A stretch of DNA of 48,676 bases, taken from assembly GCA_003693705.1 (NCBI GenBank), contig RBZT01000842.1, positions 1 through 48,676 on the forward strand. Reading direction: 5' to 3'. The DNA is from Polymyxa betae A26-41. Lineage: Eukaryota; Protista; Endomyxa: Phytomyxea. The notes beneath the pieces were generated by a model. That model searched no databases. It was given only the letters and a program-made list of their open reading frames with translations, and had not been told where the DNA came from. Numbering within the stretch: position 1 is the stretch's first letter; the number at the start of each line of letters is the position of its first letter. This document shows, piece by piece, positions 9,860 to 22,200 of the stretch. The translations under genes and the position numbers were made by a program.

Positions 9860-12330
9860 CAGGCCTTTACATATAAGGCAATCTATTTATAGATGCCTTA
9901 AATGCCGTTTTTCACTTCGATGGGATGCCGTTTTTTAAAAAATATTTTCATCAGTTTTTTGAATTAATATGAGCAATTTTCGCTGTTCCGCAGTCCGTAG
10001 ATCCCTCTCTGTAGAACTGCAGCTCAAATCGACCTGGAATTTGCTGACATCGACGATCTATGCCTTCCCTTCATGAAAATCCTGAGGCAGGAACAGAAGC
10101 CGGCTTTCAAGAACCTGCTGCAAAAAGGGCTCGTAAAGGCTCTGCTGGATCGCGGTTAACTCCTTTTCAGAAAAACACTTGGTAGAGTATGGATTAGCTA
10201 TTTCAGCGAGAGATCCTTTGTCATCTGCTGTCGTTGCTGTGCGTTGCCGATTTTGTATATCGTTTGGGCGAGAAGCGAACTCCAAGAGTACATCCAGCTG
10301 TTGGACCTTTGAAGGTCCGCCCTTCCGGCCGGAGAATTATCGTCAACCCCACTTGAAGAACCATCCAGCGAAATGGAAGTAGTACAAGTCGAGTTCAAAG
10401 GAAGAAATGGAATCATTCTTTGACGTTTCTGAAAGCGAAAGCATGCGAACAAACTCGAGGCGTATTTGGAGCCACGATCTTCCACGCTGCGATTCCAATT
10501 CAACAAGAAAATTGTCGATGTGATCATTTCGGACATGCTTTTACCGCCAAACGCTCAGGAATCTACGTCTTTGATTGTTTTTGATGCCGACCACGAAGTA
10601 TATACTGTGGAAGTGAACCAAGTCAAACAATTCGAGCTAGCTGTGCGTTTTGTTGGGCATGGAATGTCTTTCAGAATGGCCGCCGCAGCAATCCAAGACG
10701 ATAAGCAAATACTTACTGTTCCTAAGCTGGGCTTTTGCAACGAGCTCCATGTTGCGAAATGTGTCCGCATTGCTTGCGCCGCCTCGTTTCAAGCAATTAT
10801 GGACGCTTTAACTACATGCTGGGCGTTTTCTGTTGCATTTGACGGCTCCACAGATATTCACGGGACCTCGTTCATCGATGTTAGGGTTCGGTTCTTTCAA
10901 GCCGCTAAGATTCATAATCTTCATGTGATTGCAGTTCCTTTTGAAGGACGTCATAGTGGGGCGGCAATGTTCGAGATGTTCACCAAATTGTTTCAGGCGT
11001 TTTGTCCGGATGGGCCTAGCAAACGCATTGGCTGTTCAACAGATGGAGCTGCGAACATGACTGGTAGCATTTCTGGTGTCGTTACACGCATCCAGCAGGA
11101 AATCACGAATCCAGGCTTCATCTGGGTCTGGTGCTTATTACATCAAATTGACATTGTCATGCAAAAGGCATTCAAGTCTATCGATGAGGGCCGATATTTG
11201 AAGACCCTTACCAGCCTGGTCTCGCATCTTCGGAAGCAGAAGTTTTTCTGCGATAAGTCCAGGCGGTGTGTCCCCTGTTATCTGCCACCCGTTGGGTGTC
11301 TGAGCCGTGTTTCCCGTTTTTTGCTTGAACATCGAGCAGATATCTTCGACCATTTTGACAAGATTGAGGAAGAAGGAGGTGATTCAATTCGTTTTAGACC
11401 CGACGCAAAATGGTGGATTCTTCTCGCTGCGGTTGCCGATATCTCCACTCAGGTCAACCTTGTCGTGCAGAAGCTTCAAGGCAAAATAGTGACGCTTTCA
11501 ACCCAAACTATCAGTTGATTGCTAACCTGAAAAGATGCTCCTTTGTTGAAGGGCCCTTGAACAGTCCGGAGTTTGAAACAAATGAGCGGGCATTTGATTT
11601 CATAATTGGCTGTTGGGGATTCTCGAAAGAGGAGCTTTCTGGATTTCTCAAAGACCAAGGAATCTTTGTGTTTCAGTCACTTCAACAGTTGAGCAATTTG
11701 GATGCGGTCAACGTGTGCCAGTTAGTGGCAGAATTCCTTTCGTTCATTCTGGAAGGGCTGGTAAAAGTATCTGCAGTTCGAGGAGAAACCGCTGATTACA
11801 TTCATCCGCCAAAGTTACCTCAAGAGATTGTTGCACTAAAGCCTCGCGATGTGACTGTCGTACCACTCTCGACTTATGCATTCTTGGGACGCCTCCAAGA
11901 TCGATCGGATTGTTGAGCAGCATAAATTGCTCATAGAGGCCAACAGACTGGAACCTCGTCTGCCCGGTGCACTTGCGAAACTTGGTGCAAACTCCGACTT
12001 TCAGGAAGCTCGGGCTATTCCTGGACTGAAAGATCGTTTCCCGGAGTTAGTTGAGTTCTTTGTGGGCTTGTCCGTTTCCGAACACTGCAACAGTCGAATC
12101 GGACTTCTCGGTCTTGAAATGGGAAAAGGATGCTCATCGAAGTGCCCTGAGCAATTTTTCGCTCGAAAGGAATTCTTCATTGTCGTCAATTCGTTGCCAA
12201 TTCAAAATAAAAGCCCCGCATTGTTGGAGTTTATGTAATTTTGCCTTATATGCCTTATATTGATCCTATCCGATGCCGTTGTTTACCGAAAATCGGCATA
12301 TTCGGCATTTGCCTTATATGTAGAGGCCTG
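9860..12330 (+). mobile_element. Full-length hAT DNA transposon (2471 bp), decayed
   Basis: 22-bp TIR CAGGCCT(T/C)TACATATAAGGCAA (21/22 match); 8-bp TSD CGTATTAC (9852-9859 and 12331-12338); TGCCTT/TGCCGTT subterminal repeats. Confidence 0.95.
10060..12238 (+). pseudogene. hAT transposase, frameshifted
   Basis: N-terminal CRFC...HLKNHP zinc finger, FSVAFDGSTD (first Asp), STDGAANMTG (second Asp), WCLLHQ (CxxH), FPNTATVESDFSVL (catalytic Glu and dimerisation region), spread over ORFs 10179, 10466, 11410, 11876 and 12051. Confidence 0.9.
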
Positions 12331-12666
12331 CGTATTACAGCTTCGCGAAACTGTCGTTGAGAATTTGAATGCGAAGAAGAGAAAAGAAGCTCCCCAAGAA
12401 GACTATGGAGGTCAGGAATCGAAGAAACCTGCTGTACGTACGAAAGCACTGATGTTAGAAACCCAGGTCGATTCTGTGAAGATCTCGGATGACCTCAATC
12501 GTACAAATCAGAAGCGGGATCTTCTGATTGAGGCTAAGCTCTCCCAGGTACGGTTTGCTAAGTTGCAGCAAGCTTTCAGTATCGGCCTTATCTCGAAAGA
12601 AGAGTTCGATCATAAGGCTCGGATTTTATTGTTAGATGAGTTTTGAGTTTTTGAATAAACGGCTGT

Positions 12667-13502
12667 TTAAAAGTCGCCACCCCAGCCTACATCATCTTGA
12701 AGCATGAGACCTACCTCTCCAGCCATATCATGGTGCCGGCGCTGTATAAAGTTCGTCAAAACAGCAGCAGCACGAAAAAGATGAGGGAATTTCTGATGGG
12801 AAGCGTCACATAGTTTCATAAACCGTCTCCATTTTCGTTTCAGGCCCGCTGATTCCCATTCAACTTTGACCCGATACCCAGCATGCATTGCATTGAATGC
12901 ATCAGCAACGCTGATATCGCCATCAATCGTAGCTTCTCTTTTGTCGACCCTTCGCATTATATACATTTCTTCACCTATATATCCTGGATCTCCTAAGACG
13001 TATTCAAAATAGTCACCATCATGTCGGAAATACTCTCTCCAATTTGCATGGAAATCAGATGCTCAAAGAATGTTGACATCGTGGAAAGAGCCCGGATATC
13101 CCGGGTCAATATAAATAAAAAAACATCGTGGTCAACAATAACAGTGTTGTTATAGGCATACATAGCTTTTCGGCCATTATACCATTTCTTGTGTAGTTTC
13201 TTTTTCTCCTTGTTCGATGGCCGACGGATTTGCACAAGGGTCCCATCGATATGACCTATACAGCCTTGAAATTCTAGCAAGCGCTCTGCCAACGTTCTCC
13301 GACGCTGCTCGTTCGGCCATGAAAGTTCATCTTGTAACGCCTCGTTTATACAAGAAGCGACGAAGATCGCATCGTCGCAAGAAGATAAAGGCGCGTAATT
13401 CCATCCATATGCTTCCAGTTGAACAATCTTATAGTGTTTTAGATATAACACAAAATGGAGAACCCGCTGCTCTGGACTCAGCTTAGGAGGTCTTCCAGAC
13501 AC
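12667..13502 (-). pseudogene. PIF/Harbinger (HARBI1-like, DDE_Tnp_4) transposase of element A
   Basis: GCIGHIDGT, YNGRKAMYAYNNTVIVD, LGDPGY (~12980-13000), FNAMHAGYRVKVEW and LTNF motifs; frameshifted. TIRs not identified. Confidence 0.9.
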
Positions 13503-13734
13503 GAGGTTCCATTGGCTTCAGACAGCTGCCACTCAGATTCAAAAAGGCGTTTTGCCCAAAACGGAGTTGAAACTGCGTTTGCGCCGCAGAACGGCGTTTT
13601 CAACCTGCCTCTAGACTCACTCTACGGAGCTCCAGCCAAGCAGATTTTTTAATATCTGCAGAGGTCCCCGACCTCCGCAACTCAGTTCCATCTCTAATTA
13701 GAAGATGCGCCCTTGGAGTCTGGACGTCGTGGTA

Positions 13735-14170
13735 TCAACTCCATCCAAAGCGTCGGGATGGCCGATGCAAATCTCCGCCACTGAGTATTTCCAAAAGAAA
13801 TGGATCCCTCAATCTGTTGGCCAGAGCGCATTTATTCAGATTTTCTTGTTCAATGATTAATGGACATATTCTCGTTTCAGGTAATAAAAGACCACGGAAT
13901 AAATACTTGAAACACCCTCTAGTTGCCTGACAAAATCGATACAAACATTCTGCTGCAGTTGATTCGCCTGCTCGGACGTACGCATCAATTCGTCGAAAGC
14001 AATCCCATATGCCAGAGCGCGTATCACAGCCGGGGTTTTTTGTAACGTGGAGACGCGGATTACGTAGAGCAGCACATTTTTGCTCAAAATAATCGTCTTC
14101 TTGTGCTTGAAAAGCGTCTACAAAATATTCACGGCCAAAAACAGGATTCTCTGAAAAACAATCAGAACAT
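13735..14170 (-). pseudogene. N-terminal fragment of a PIF-type Harbinger transposase
   Basis: FSENPVFG, DDYFEQK, RALAYGIAFD and GESTAAECLYRFC match the N-terminal regions of the transposases in elements B and D. Confidence 0.75.
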
Positions 14171-14199
14171 CCCTTGGACATGCCCGGCGTCGTGATCTC

Positions 14200-16200
14200 T
14201 TTCACAGTTTGCAAGAACCTCCCTTGTGAGGCTGATCGTCATCACTGGAAGGTTCCGCCAGTAAAAGAGCGACCACAAAGAACAGAAACAATGCTGGAAG
14301 CATCTAAAATTTTCCCACAAATCACGAAGTTCTTTGAATCTGTAAAAAGCATAACTCAAGAAGATGGCAATGAAGTTGAATATATTACGGAATTACGCAC
14401 CTTAACGTGTACAGGAACTGTTGAAAATGCTTCAAAGCTACTACGGCCAACGAGAACCCATGTCTGCAATCAACGTGTTGAGAATGGCATCAGAGACATT
14501 TAAAAAAGGACTTTTTGAGATTGACGGCCGTGAAACGATTTCTTTACAGGATTCAGTCATACTGAGGGCCATGTGGGCGGTTCCAATTAGCGCTCCGATC
14601 GGTAGTCTCGGGTCGGGTACCTGCCTACTACCGGTATCGTATCCGGAAAACCGGATACGATACCGGTAGTATCGGCTACAGAAACACGAAATTGGAATAA
14701 AGGAGCGGAAACAACTTCTACTGTTCATTTTTTCAATGCACACTTGCCGAACAGTGATGAACTGAGCGTCTCTGGCTTCAAGGAGTATCTACGAAGCCCA
14801 ATCATATCTCGAACTCCGTTAAATATTCTTTCAACCGCCACTGATGAATCCAATAATGGAAAGAATGTCCTTGGCAACTTTGCTGAGGTTCGAAAAACTG
14901 CTTCGGATGGGGTTTCCAGAAATCCAAGGAATCGACTGCTGGATGCTCTCAGCGCAAGCTCACGTACTGATCCACTTCATCATTACCTGTTGCTCTGCTA
15001 CAGTATGGGAGACTATAAATTTCGGTAGTTTTCGGTATCCAGTCGGATAGCTCCATAGTACCGGTACCCTACCGGTATCCGATCCGAACACCGATACTCG
15101 GGTAGTATCCGACCGATTCGGAGCCCTAGTTCCAATTAAATTGTCAGTGAACTGTATTCAGGTTCTAACACGGAATTGATGCTCATAGCATCCGGCAGTG
15201 GAATCCTACTTCTTAATGCATCACAATCTTCCAACTCTGAATCAAGGCAAACGTCAGAACTGTAGATAATCGACATTTCCCCGAGTTGTGTTACATCGTA
15301 AATCTGACAACATTGCTAACGCTTTATTTGATGCTATCTGGGATCTCGACCATCTGGGCGATAACAGCCGATAATGCCAGCACCAACGTTGTTATGCTGT
15401 CACTTTTCCAGACATTACTGAATCAATCATGACCCAGCTGCGGATCAGAATGATGATGATGATACAGAGCCTGAGGAGACCTCGCAAGAATCAGTTCAGA
15501 ATGTGAAATTCTTTCTCATCTGTTCTTCAATTGTGAGTCAGAAAGGGGATGAAAGATTGTGACTTCATGAGTTCCAGTATTGGGCGTTTTCGTGAATTCA
15601 TTAAAAAGGTTAATGCCTCTTCCAAGCGTCGTGAACGCCTTGAAGCAGTTTGCGGTGATCTTCGAATCAATTTTCGTTAGCTTTTGTTGGACTGCGGAAT
15701 TCGTCGGAATTCGACATGGGACATAAATCACATGATCGATGTTTTTTCTGCAAATGAGATGCGCTCTTCCGAGGTTTCTAAATGACATGCTCTGGTCAGA
15801 ATTATCTGATTTCCATTCGATTGTGGGACATTTCAAAGAGGCGACAGTGTTGTTATCTGGTTTGACATACCCCAAATTCGGCATCGTTATTCCGGTGATC
15901 TACTGTCTTCGGGACGAAATGCAACTAGCAATTGACAGTTGTTCAGGTTCCAAGTCGACTCACACGATACAACTCGTCAAATTAAAGCTGCAATAAAAAA
16001 ACTGAGCCAGAGCACGATGTTGTCGGCAATGATTTTGCGATATGCGCCGGAATCCTTGACCCCAGGGTCAAAAAACCTGGAAAATGTGGAATTGGTGTCC
16101 GACGACAGAAAACTACGATCAAGGTCATCTATGATGAACATTAGAGGCGTCCGGAAAGTCAACGTATGCTTTTTACGCCCTTCATCGAAAGATAAAAGTG
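14200..16200 (+). pseudogene. Old, heavily decayed hAT transposase relic interrupted by the 14588-15128 element (boundaries approximate)
   Basis: Hand translation gives RFREFIKKVNASSKRRERL...LLLDCGIRRNSTW (cf. LxLDxxTRWNST) at ~15585-15720 and WSELSDF...FKEATVLLSGLTYP...VIP in ORF 15739-15996. Confidence 0.7.
14588..15128 (-). mobile_element. Non-autonomous hAT element (541 bp), relative of 8483-8992
   Basis: TIR TAG(C/G)GCTCCGA; 8-bp TSD GTTCCAAT (14580-14587 and 15129-15136); shares subterminal CGGGTCGGGTACCTGCCT with the first element; minus strand encodes DSSVAVERIFNGVRDMIGLRRYSLKPETLSSSLFGK (dimerisation domain). Confidence 0.93.
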
Positions 16201-18310
16201 TAAATCGTAGGCTCCCGTAACTTCCTTGTACTAAAAAATAACGTAGAAGATACGTTAGTTATAGGTTGCGCCCATCGGACTCCGTCAGCATTCCCTGCCT
16301 ACCGTAGCGGTCACCTATACTCGACTATTTGTCCAGAAAGTACAATTCTGCATTCAAAAAGTCCGTACGCAAGTTTTCGGAGAAAGTCCGCAATTTTAAA
16401 ACTCTTATAATTCTGCCATAATGGATGCAGGAATGGTTCGATGGCCCCGGTACTTTCGCATAGCGTGCTCAACCGGCTTTATCAAGAGAAACTGCTCGTT
16501 AAGAAAATATGATGTTAAACGGCGACAGTTTTCCATTTCCTCCAGTGAGTGAAACTTCGAGGCAAGCATTTTGATCAATAACGCACATCACCTGCATCTT
16601 CCGTTTCGCTTTCATAGCGAACAACGAAGATCTTCCAAAAAAATCGTGGGTTTTACGAGTTCGAGGTATCGCCCCGGGAGTCCATCGAATAACATCAATA
16701 TCGAGAAAAACGTCATCTTCTACGTTAGCTAAATCGTCTAGCCATTCATCTGTCACAGCAGCTGGGCCGGGGCTCGGCACCATAACGTTCTCAACGGTAC
16801 CCTGGCGAGGAAGACGGGCAGCCACCATGCGACGAGCATGCTGATTCGTTTGTTCGGACGTGGCATCGAATGGCACCGCCTGCCAGCGATTAAGCTGACA
16901 TGGATTCGCAAATCCCGCACTTGACAAAACTGCGAGTGGCGCAGCCCCCGCATTTATTTTGCGTGATCGTATATCACATATTTGCGTACGGTATTATACC
17001 GTCAAAATCTCATCAATGCCTTATTAAAAACTATAAATGCGGAAGCCTATAACTCCGTTGATATTTCGAGTTTACAAAATTGGAGAGCTGAACTGTATTC
17101 CTCTGGACGAGATCTATCGATTGCAGTTGTCATAATCTTGATATGGCGTTCCGACACGGATCCTTAGGGTTTTTAGTACCCCAATCTGAAATTGTCCAGT
17201 ATAGCTGACCGCTACGGTATATCTACGATTCCTGATCTGTTCAAGCTGTTCAACATTGTCTACAACGGCAGAAAAGTTCGCGGATCCATTTTTGTTAACG
17301 GAATGGGAGGATAACGACAACGATGCTGCTGTTGATCCGTCCTTTCATTTATTCGGGAGTCGCATAACTACGCGCTCAGGCTGCGCCCTCACTTCACAGC
17401 TGTTGGATCTGAACGGGCAATCTTCCTGACCACGTTGATGGCGATTCTAGTGTCGATAGTGAGCGGCCAGTCCATGACTTCTTAGACAGGTTCGTTTCAG
17501 GGCCGTATCGAAACTTTACCACCAGTCTGGCTTTACTTCGGACGAATGGACAGTAGGGAGCTGTAAAGTCATCTGTCTATCCTAACTCAATAAAATTGCC
17601 AGGAATTCGCTGCCATTATGTTTGCAGTCTGTAGAGCAGAGGCTCCTAGCTGCGATCTTGTTTCTTAGAAAAGTAAAACAAGCCTTCGTAGAAATTATTA
17701 TAGACAGCTGACCAGAAACAATCGTGTCGCGACGATGCTGCTCGTTGGAATTGGTCCCGATTCTCAGCTTGCGAAGATTTTATATTGATAGCAGGATTGA
17801 TCACCAATACTATGGCCAACGAAATCCAGTGGTTTAATGAAGAAAGGCGACGCGAACAGGCTCGAAAAACACCCTTCTTTTAAGGGTGCATCGGATTCAT
17901 AGACTGCACGCTTGCCGAAATCTGTCGGCCGTCGAATATGAATGAGCATCTCTCAAGACGTTACTACACGAGGCGTAAAACGATATATGGGTTCAACAAT
18001 ACTATCGCGGTTGACCGTGAAGGGCCTTGGGCGGATAATCTTTATTGCTTCGGGTTATGCAAGATCATATCACGATACCACTATCCTGAAAAAATCGGAT
18101 TTGTATCGTAAAAGCATCCACAGCGGTTGCGTGATTTCATGCGTGACTGGGTAAATCGCGCATGCATGAAATATTCTTGTCTCCCACCGGTGCGTGTTTG
18201 CATGCGCCCGAGATCCCGCAACATGATTTCGTGCGTTGTATTTGGCGCATGAAATCTCGCATGCGTTTAATAAAATTTTCAAATTTTCTTTAGCATTCTC
18301 TCTCTATTCA

Positions 18311-19235
18311 ATGGCTTCACATTTCAACTCGAGCGAAGGAAAGCGCCTTTGTGTGGCCTGAACATCTATTACCCTGGATCCCATTACTGGCAATAACCAA
18401 AAGAGAGAAGATCTGTGGAACTGGTGCTATTCAGCCCGAACAAGAAGGATACCGCAATCACGAGCAGTTACACACTCGATTCCGGGTGCGTTCAATCACA
18501 ATATTCATAGAAGTGTCACAAACGAGATTTATAGGCTATACAAACTTCGGTGAATAAATTTATTTCGTCCCTGTTTACTGCTACGTCCGACAAACGTTCT
18601 GGATGGAATGACGCAGATTAATATCAGCGCGCCAAAAAGCTTTTTCAGTCAATGGCTAATAATTAATTTCTATTGGATCAATGCTACCTAACACTGCAAA
18701 GATTAGAGAAATTCCATACGCTGCCTGCAGTTTCTGAAAAGAAACTTGCGACAGTCGATGAATTGCTTTCACCAGCTAACGATTGCAGCGGATCGGTCGT
18801 TACGAAGAGTCCGACCAAGGCCCCCAGGGAAAAAACAGGCCAAACGATTGGCGTTTGCCACTCCTGATAACGAATAACCGCAAGCAAAGCTTGCCAGAGT
18901 CTGTGCTCAGACTGAGCTGCTCAAGAATCAGCTGATAAAGACCGGTCAGTTGCTAAACAGATGGCCGAGTGTCGTAGCATGCTCAAGCAATGGCTGAATC
19001 CAACATCTAAGGACTCTGACCCTTTGCTGGCCGGTCCCAGAGGAGCTGCTCGACCGTCAGCTTCGAATTGCTCGTAAGCAACAGGTGCTACAGCGCCTAA
19101 GTGAGTCTATGCCGCGTTCACAATTTGTGGAATTACCCAATTTTTTTCCTTTGATGAAAGCGGGAGCCCATCTGATCAGGAGAGACTTGATGATGCGCTC
19201 ATCCGTTCTGTTCTCGAGGAGCCAAACGTAATCTA
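18311..19235 (+). pseudogene. Myb-like (NAM-associated type) accessory ORF of element B
   Basis: MASHFNSSEGKRLCVA*TSITLDPITGNNQKREDLW and a downstream KRSGWND motif match the accessory ORF of element D. The end coordinate is approximate. Confidence 0.7.
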
Positions 19236-19299
19236 AGGAGAGCAGATTGCTATGTCAGTAAACGGGGACTCTCGGGAAGTTTAGTGTATGTGTGGACCT

Positions 19300-20629
19300 G
19301 TAGCAACACTTTTCTTCATCTCCAAATCATTCCAAATATACTTGATCAAGCTTGCTGATGCCGCTTCGAGTCAGTTTTGTTTTGGATTTGTCGCAATCTT
19401 GAGCTTTGTCTCAATAATGGTGCTGGCAGGTCGCTGCAATTGTCCTCAACTATGAATGGATGCTCCGGTTCATACTGTAGATCTTGCTCAGAATAAAGAG
19501 AGTCCAAATCGTTGCCTTAAAATGGTAAAAGATTAGATACGATATGGTCTGCCATATTGAGCAAAATACCCTTTCATAATCTAAGATATGGTTGTGTAAA
19601 ATCACACAGCAACGGATCACTGTTGCCATAGCAAGTCGATTCCATAGCACACACGGTTTTGTTAAAACATGGAATCGGCGTTGCAGGATCCCAAACGCAC
19701 GCTCGATATCCTTACGAACACTTTCCTGCTATTTTGCGAAAAGCTTGGACTTTCTTGTCGATGGGTTGTGGACTGTTTTGACGATGCAGGCATGTTCGGT
19801 ATAAATACCATCTGATAACCAGTAAGCGAACTTAAATCAATCTCCGAATATGTCGTAGATGACTGATGGCGCTCGGTCTTTAATTATGATAGAAATGCGA
19901 CCTGTAAAATGAAATTAATTAACAATATTCATACGTGAAACAAGGCTAACCGGTACCTGTCAAGAACATTGATTTCCCACTTTCTTTGCCAGATTTAAAT
20001 TTCCCCTGTCAGGCAGTTGGACAATTTGTCCAGCGCCGACGCATGCAATCCATACTCCCCAAACACCCAGGGAATCCACGGCCTACGTTTTCGTCCAAGA
20101 TTCGGTCGATGCCGGACTTGGTTTGGTGAAAGAAGAGCAGCTTTGCCATAGATTCGATCAATCGCCAAGCAAAATCGCTTGAGGCTCTCCAGCGCTGTAG
20201 ATCGACCCATGCAAAATCTGTCTTGAACCTCGACAGCAGATCATCCGCTAGACAGAATTCGCACGCTACTACTACTTTTTGATCAGGTGAGAGCCCCAAT
20301 CGATTCGTACAATCGCTTTTCTGCCGGAAGTAGTTATCATCGTGGACAACAGCGCTGAGGATATCATCAAATAATGCTATTGGCATTCGATAAATTTCTA
20401 TTAAATTAGAAGGGCCGAAAACTGGATTCGCTACTCAATAATCTTCTTTTGATAATCTGTCGTAGAGCAATCGAGGTCGTTCTTTGTTGGGGTTTAATTG
20501 GCGCAATCATCGCTATCGGATTCCGAGCTGGAAGGAATTATCAATGCAAAGACGGCATGCTATCATTCGATAGCATCTCGAGATACAGTAAATACTCTTC
20601 TATGGCAGCTTTGAATCCTCTGATTCCAT
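19300..20629 (-). pseudogene. PIF-type transposase of element B with a 55-nt intron
   Basis: DNYFRQKSDC, RGFPGCLGSMDCM, INVLDR/SHF, LSDGIY, RKDIERAFGILQRRF and CVILHN motifs; an internal deletion removes the LEAV...WHAFFG segment. Confidence 0.88.
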
Positions 20630-21138
20630 GGATATAAATTTTTTATTCAAAACGTCCAATCACGCATGACAGATACACAACCCGTTGTGAAAAGCACACA
20701 ATGCGTTTATTCTATGCGTAAATGGTGCGTTAATTGGTGTAAATCACGCATGAAAATCACGCAACCGCTGTGGATGCTCTAACTGGCGTAGGGCATCACA
20801 TTGAACGAGGAGAAATATTTCGAAGATCTTTTAGGAGATCATAAGCTTCCATTCTATTCGGGTATCAATTCGTGGGTCTGAACATAGCCTGCATTATCTG
20901 AGCCGATATGCTTATCATGCGCCGCGTTGATATACGTGAAGATGGTGGATGTTGGACCAGTGCTCAATGCATTCAACAAACGTCACGCCGGTATGCGTAC
21001 CCAGGTCGAATGGGGCATCGGAGAGTTGAAGATGTAATAGCGAATTCTTCGATCTGCTTCTCCTATGCGGAAACCAAAATTTCATCTCATTATGGAATGC
21101 TGCTGCATATTGACCAATTTTCATCACCGCAGGAGAAT

Positions 21139-22200
21139 CTAATCTCCAGCTGAACGATTTAGGCAACATTGATGGAGGCGCCTTGGGAGTTGGACTCGAG
21201 GCAGAGTGAATGAATTATTCATTTTTATTCCCACCCTACATCCACTTAATTCAGCAATTTTGCTTGTTGGAATTCTTCTTCGCTGAGAATGTTGTGGTTT
21301 TCTCAGGATCAAAACTTCCAAAGCAGCTCTGTTCAGCATTTCTTTTTTCAAACGCATTTCCAGTTCAGCAGTTTTCTTCATGAGTTCGTGTTTTTCAGAC
21401 TGCTCTCTGAAAACCTTCAACTGCAAAATTGTTGGTGACAGGGAATTGCTGCAATATTCTCAATTGCTACAGTAGAACGCGACCGGCTCTCTTTTCTCGT
21501 CAGATCAGGATCATTTTCTGAATCACCTTCATCACCGACAACGACTCTGTCGCCTTCACTAGCATCATTTTTGATTCGCTTAGGGGAAGGACAGTTAATG
21601 AGGTCGTATCCCATCTGATGCATGACTAGACCGGTATGTATCGGATTCTTTTAACCGCTTTAGGACTTCGATATTATGCAGCTCCGGTTTGTTGTCGTTC
21701 TCCCCTCTGGAGGTGCTCGTATTCAACGACTTCAGATACCAACTCAGATTGCGTTAAAACTGACGAATCCGCTTGGGATCTTGAACAGGTTGGTTTCCAA
21801 AAAAACTCCTCGGTAGCATCTTTCATCACATTTTCCCAAACTTTGCTTGAAATAGATTGCTTAGGACGCTTGCCGGATTTTACATTAGAGATGTGATTGA
21901 TAGAAATATGATCTGGATGGTTTATTTACTTTTGCAGAATTCGGAAAAATGGATCTGGTTGATTTCACAAGTCATTCCAACAAATTTGATCTAATATCAG
22001 CGGAGCGAGATTTAACAGCACTTGGGGGCAGTTCCACACAATCGTTATCGGTTTCAGACATTGCAGCAGGCATACAGTCCAGCGGCTTTTGCTTGTCGGT
22101 CCAAACTCGGTGAGGATCTTTCAGCCTCTTGTTCATCCATTCGCTAAGGTATCTATATCCATCCGTCTTGGTCAATTTCCGATCCGCGCGCATCGACTTT
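21139..22200 (-). pseudogene. Probable accessory ORF of Harbinger element C
   Basis: Fragments on the strand convergent with the element C transposase: Trp-containing N-region (YLSEWMNKRL...WTDKQ), acidic linker and coiled-coil C-terminus (ELMKKTAELEMRLKKEML). Confidence 0.5.

Larger units (their letters stand above)
9351..12646 (+). pseudogene. Accessory Myb/trihelix-like ORF of Harbinger element A, split by a hAT insertion
   Basis: The 9351 frame reads through one TGA to KIWPS, a 50-nt intron (9615-9664), then IYSEYKKCFPECCITEKQLK; it resumes after the hAT TSD (12339-12646) with a coiled-coil-like C-terminus and is convergent with a Harbinger transposase. Confidence 0.6.
18112..20779. mobile_element. 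PIF/Harbinger element B (2668 bp)
   Basis: TIR (G/A)AGCATCCACAGCGGTTGCGTGATTT at both ends; TAA TSD (18109-18111 and 20780-20782); two convergent genes; removing it rejoins the host transposase as DLYR-NWRR. Confidence 0.95.
17475..21150 (+). pseudogene. HARBI1-like Harbinger transposase of element C, split by element B
   Basis: NEIQWFNEERRR...GCIGFIDCT...RP (~17820-17935) and SYHDTTILKKSDLYR up to the insertion, then NWRR...LLGD...IMRRVD...FNKRHAGMRTQVEWGIG...LTNF after 20783; colinear with the element A transposase. Confidence 0.85.

Noticed and set aside
13540-13615. Right TIR of Harbinger element A (CGTTTTCAACCTGCCTC followed by TAG)
   Set aside because: No matching left TIR was found; the nearest lookalike (9565-9580) lies inside the accessory coding region.
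16499-16927. 142-aa minus-strand ORF as a real gene
   Set aside because: It has a non-ATG start, no recognisable motif and lies among decayed fragments; left unassigned.
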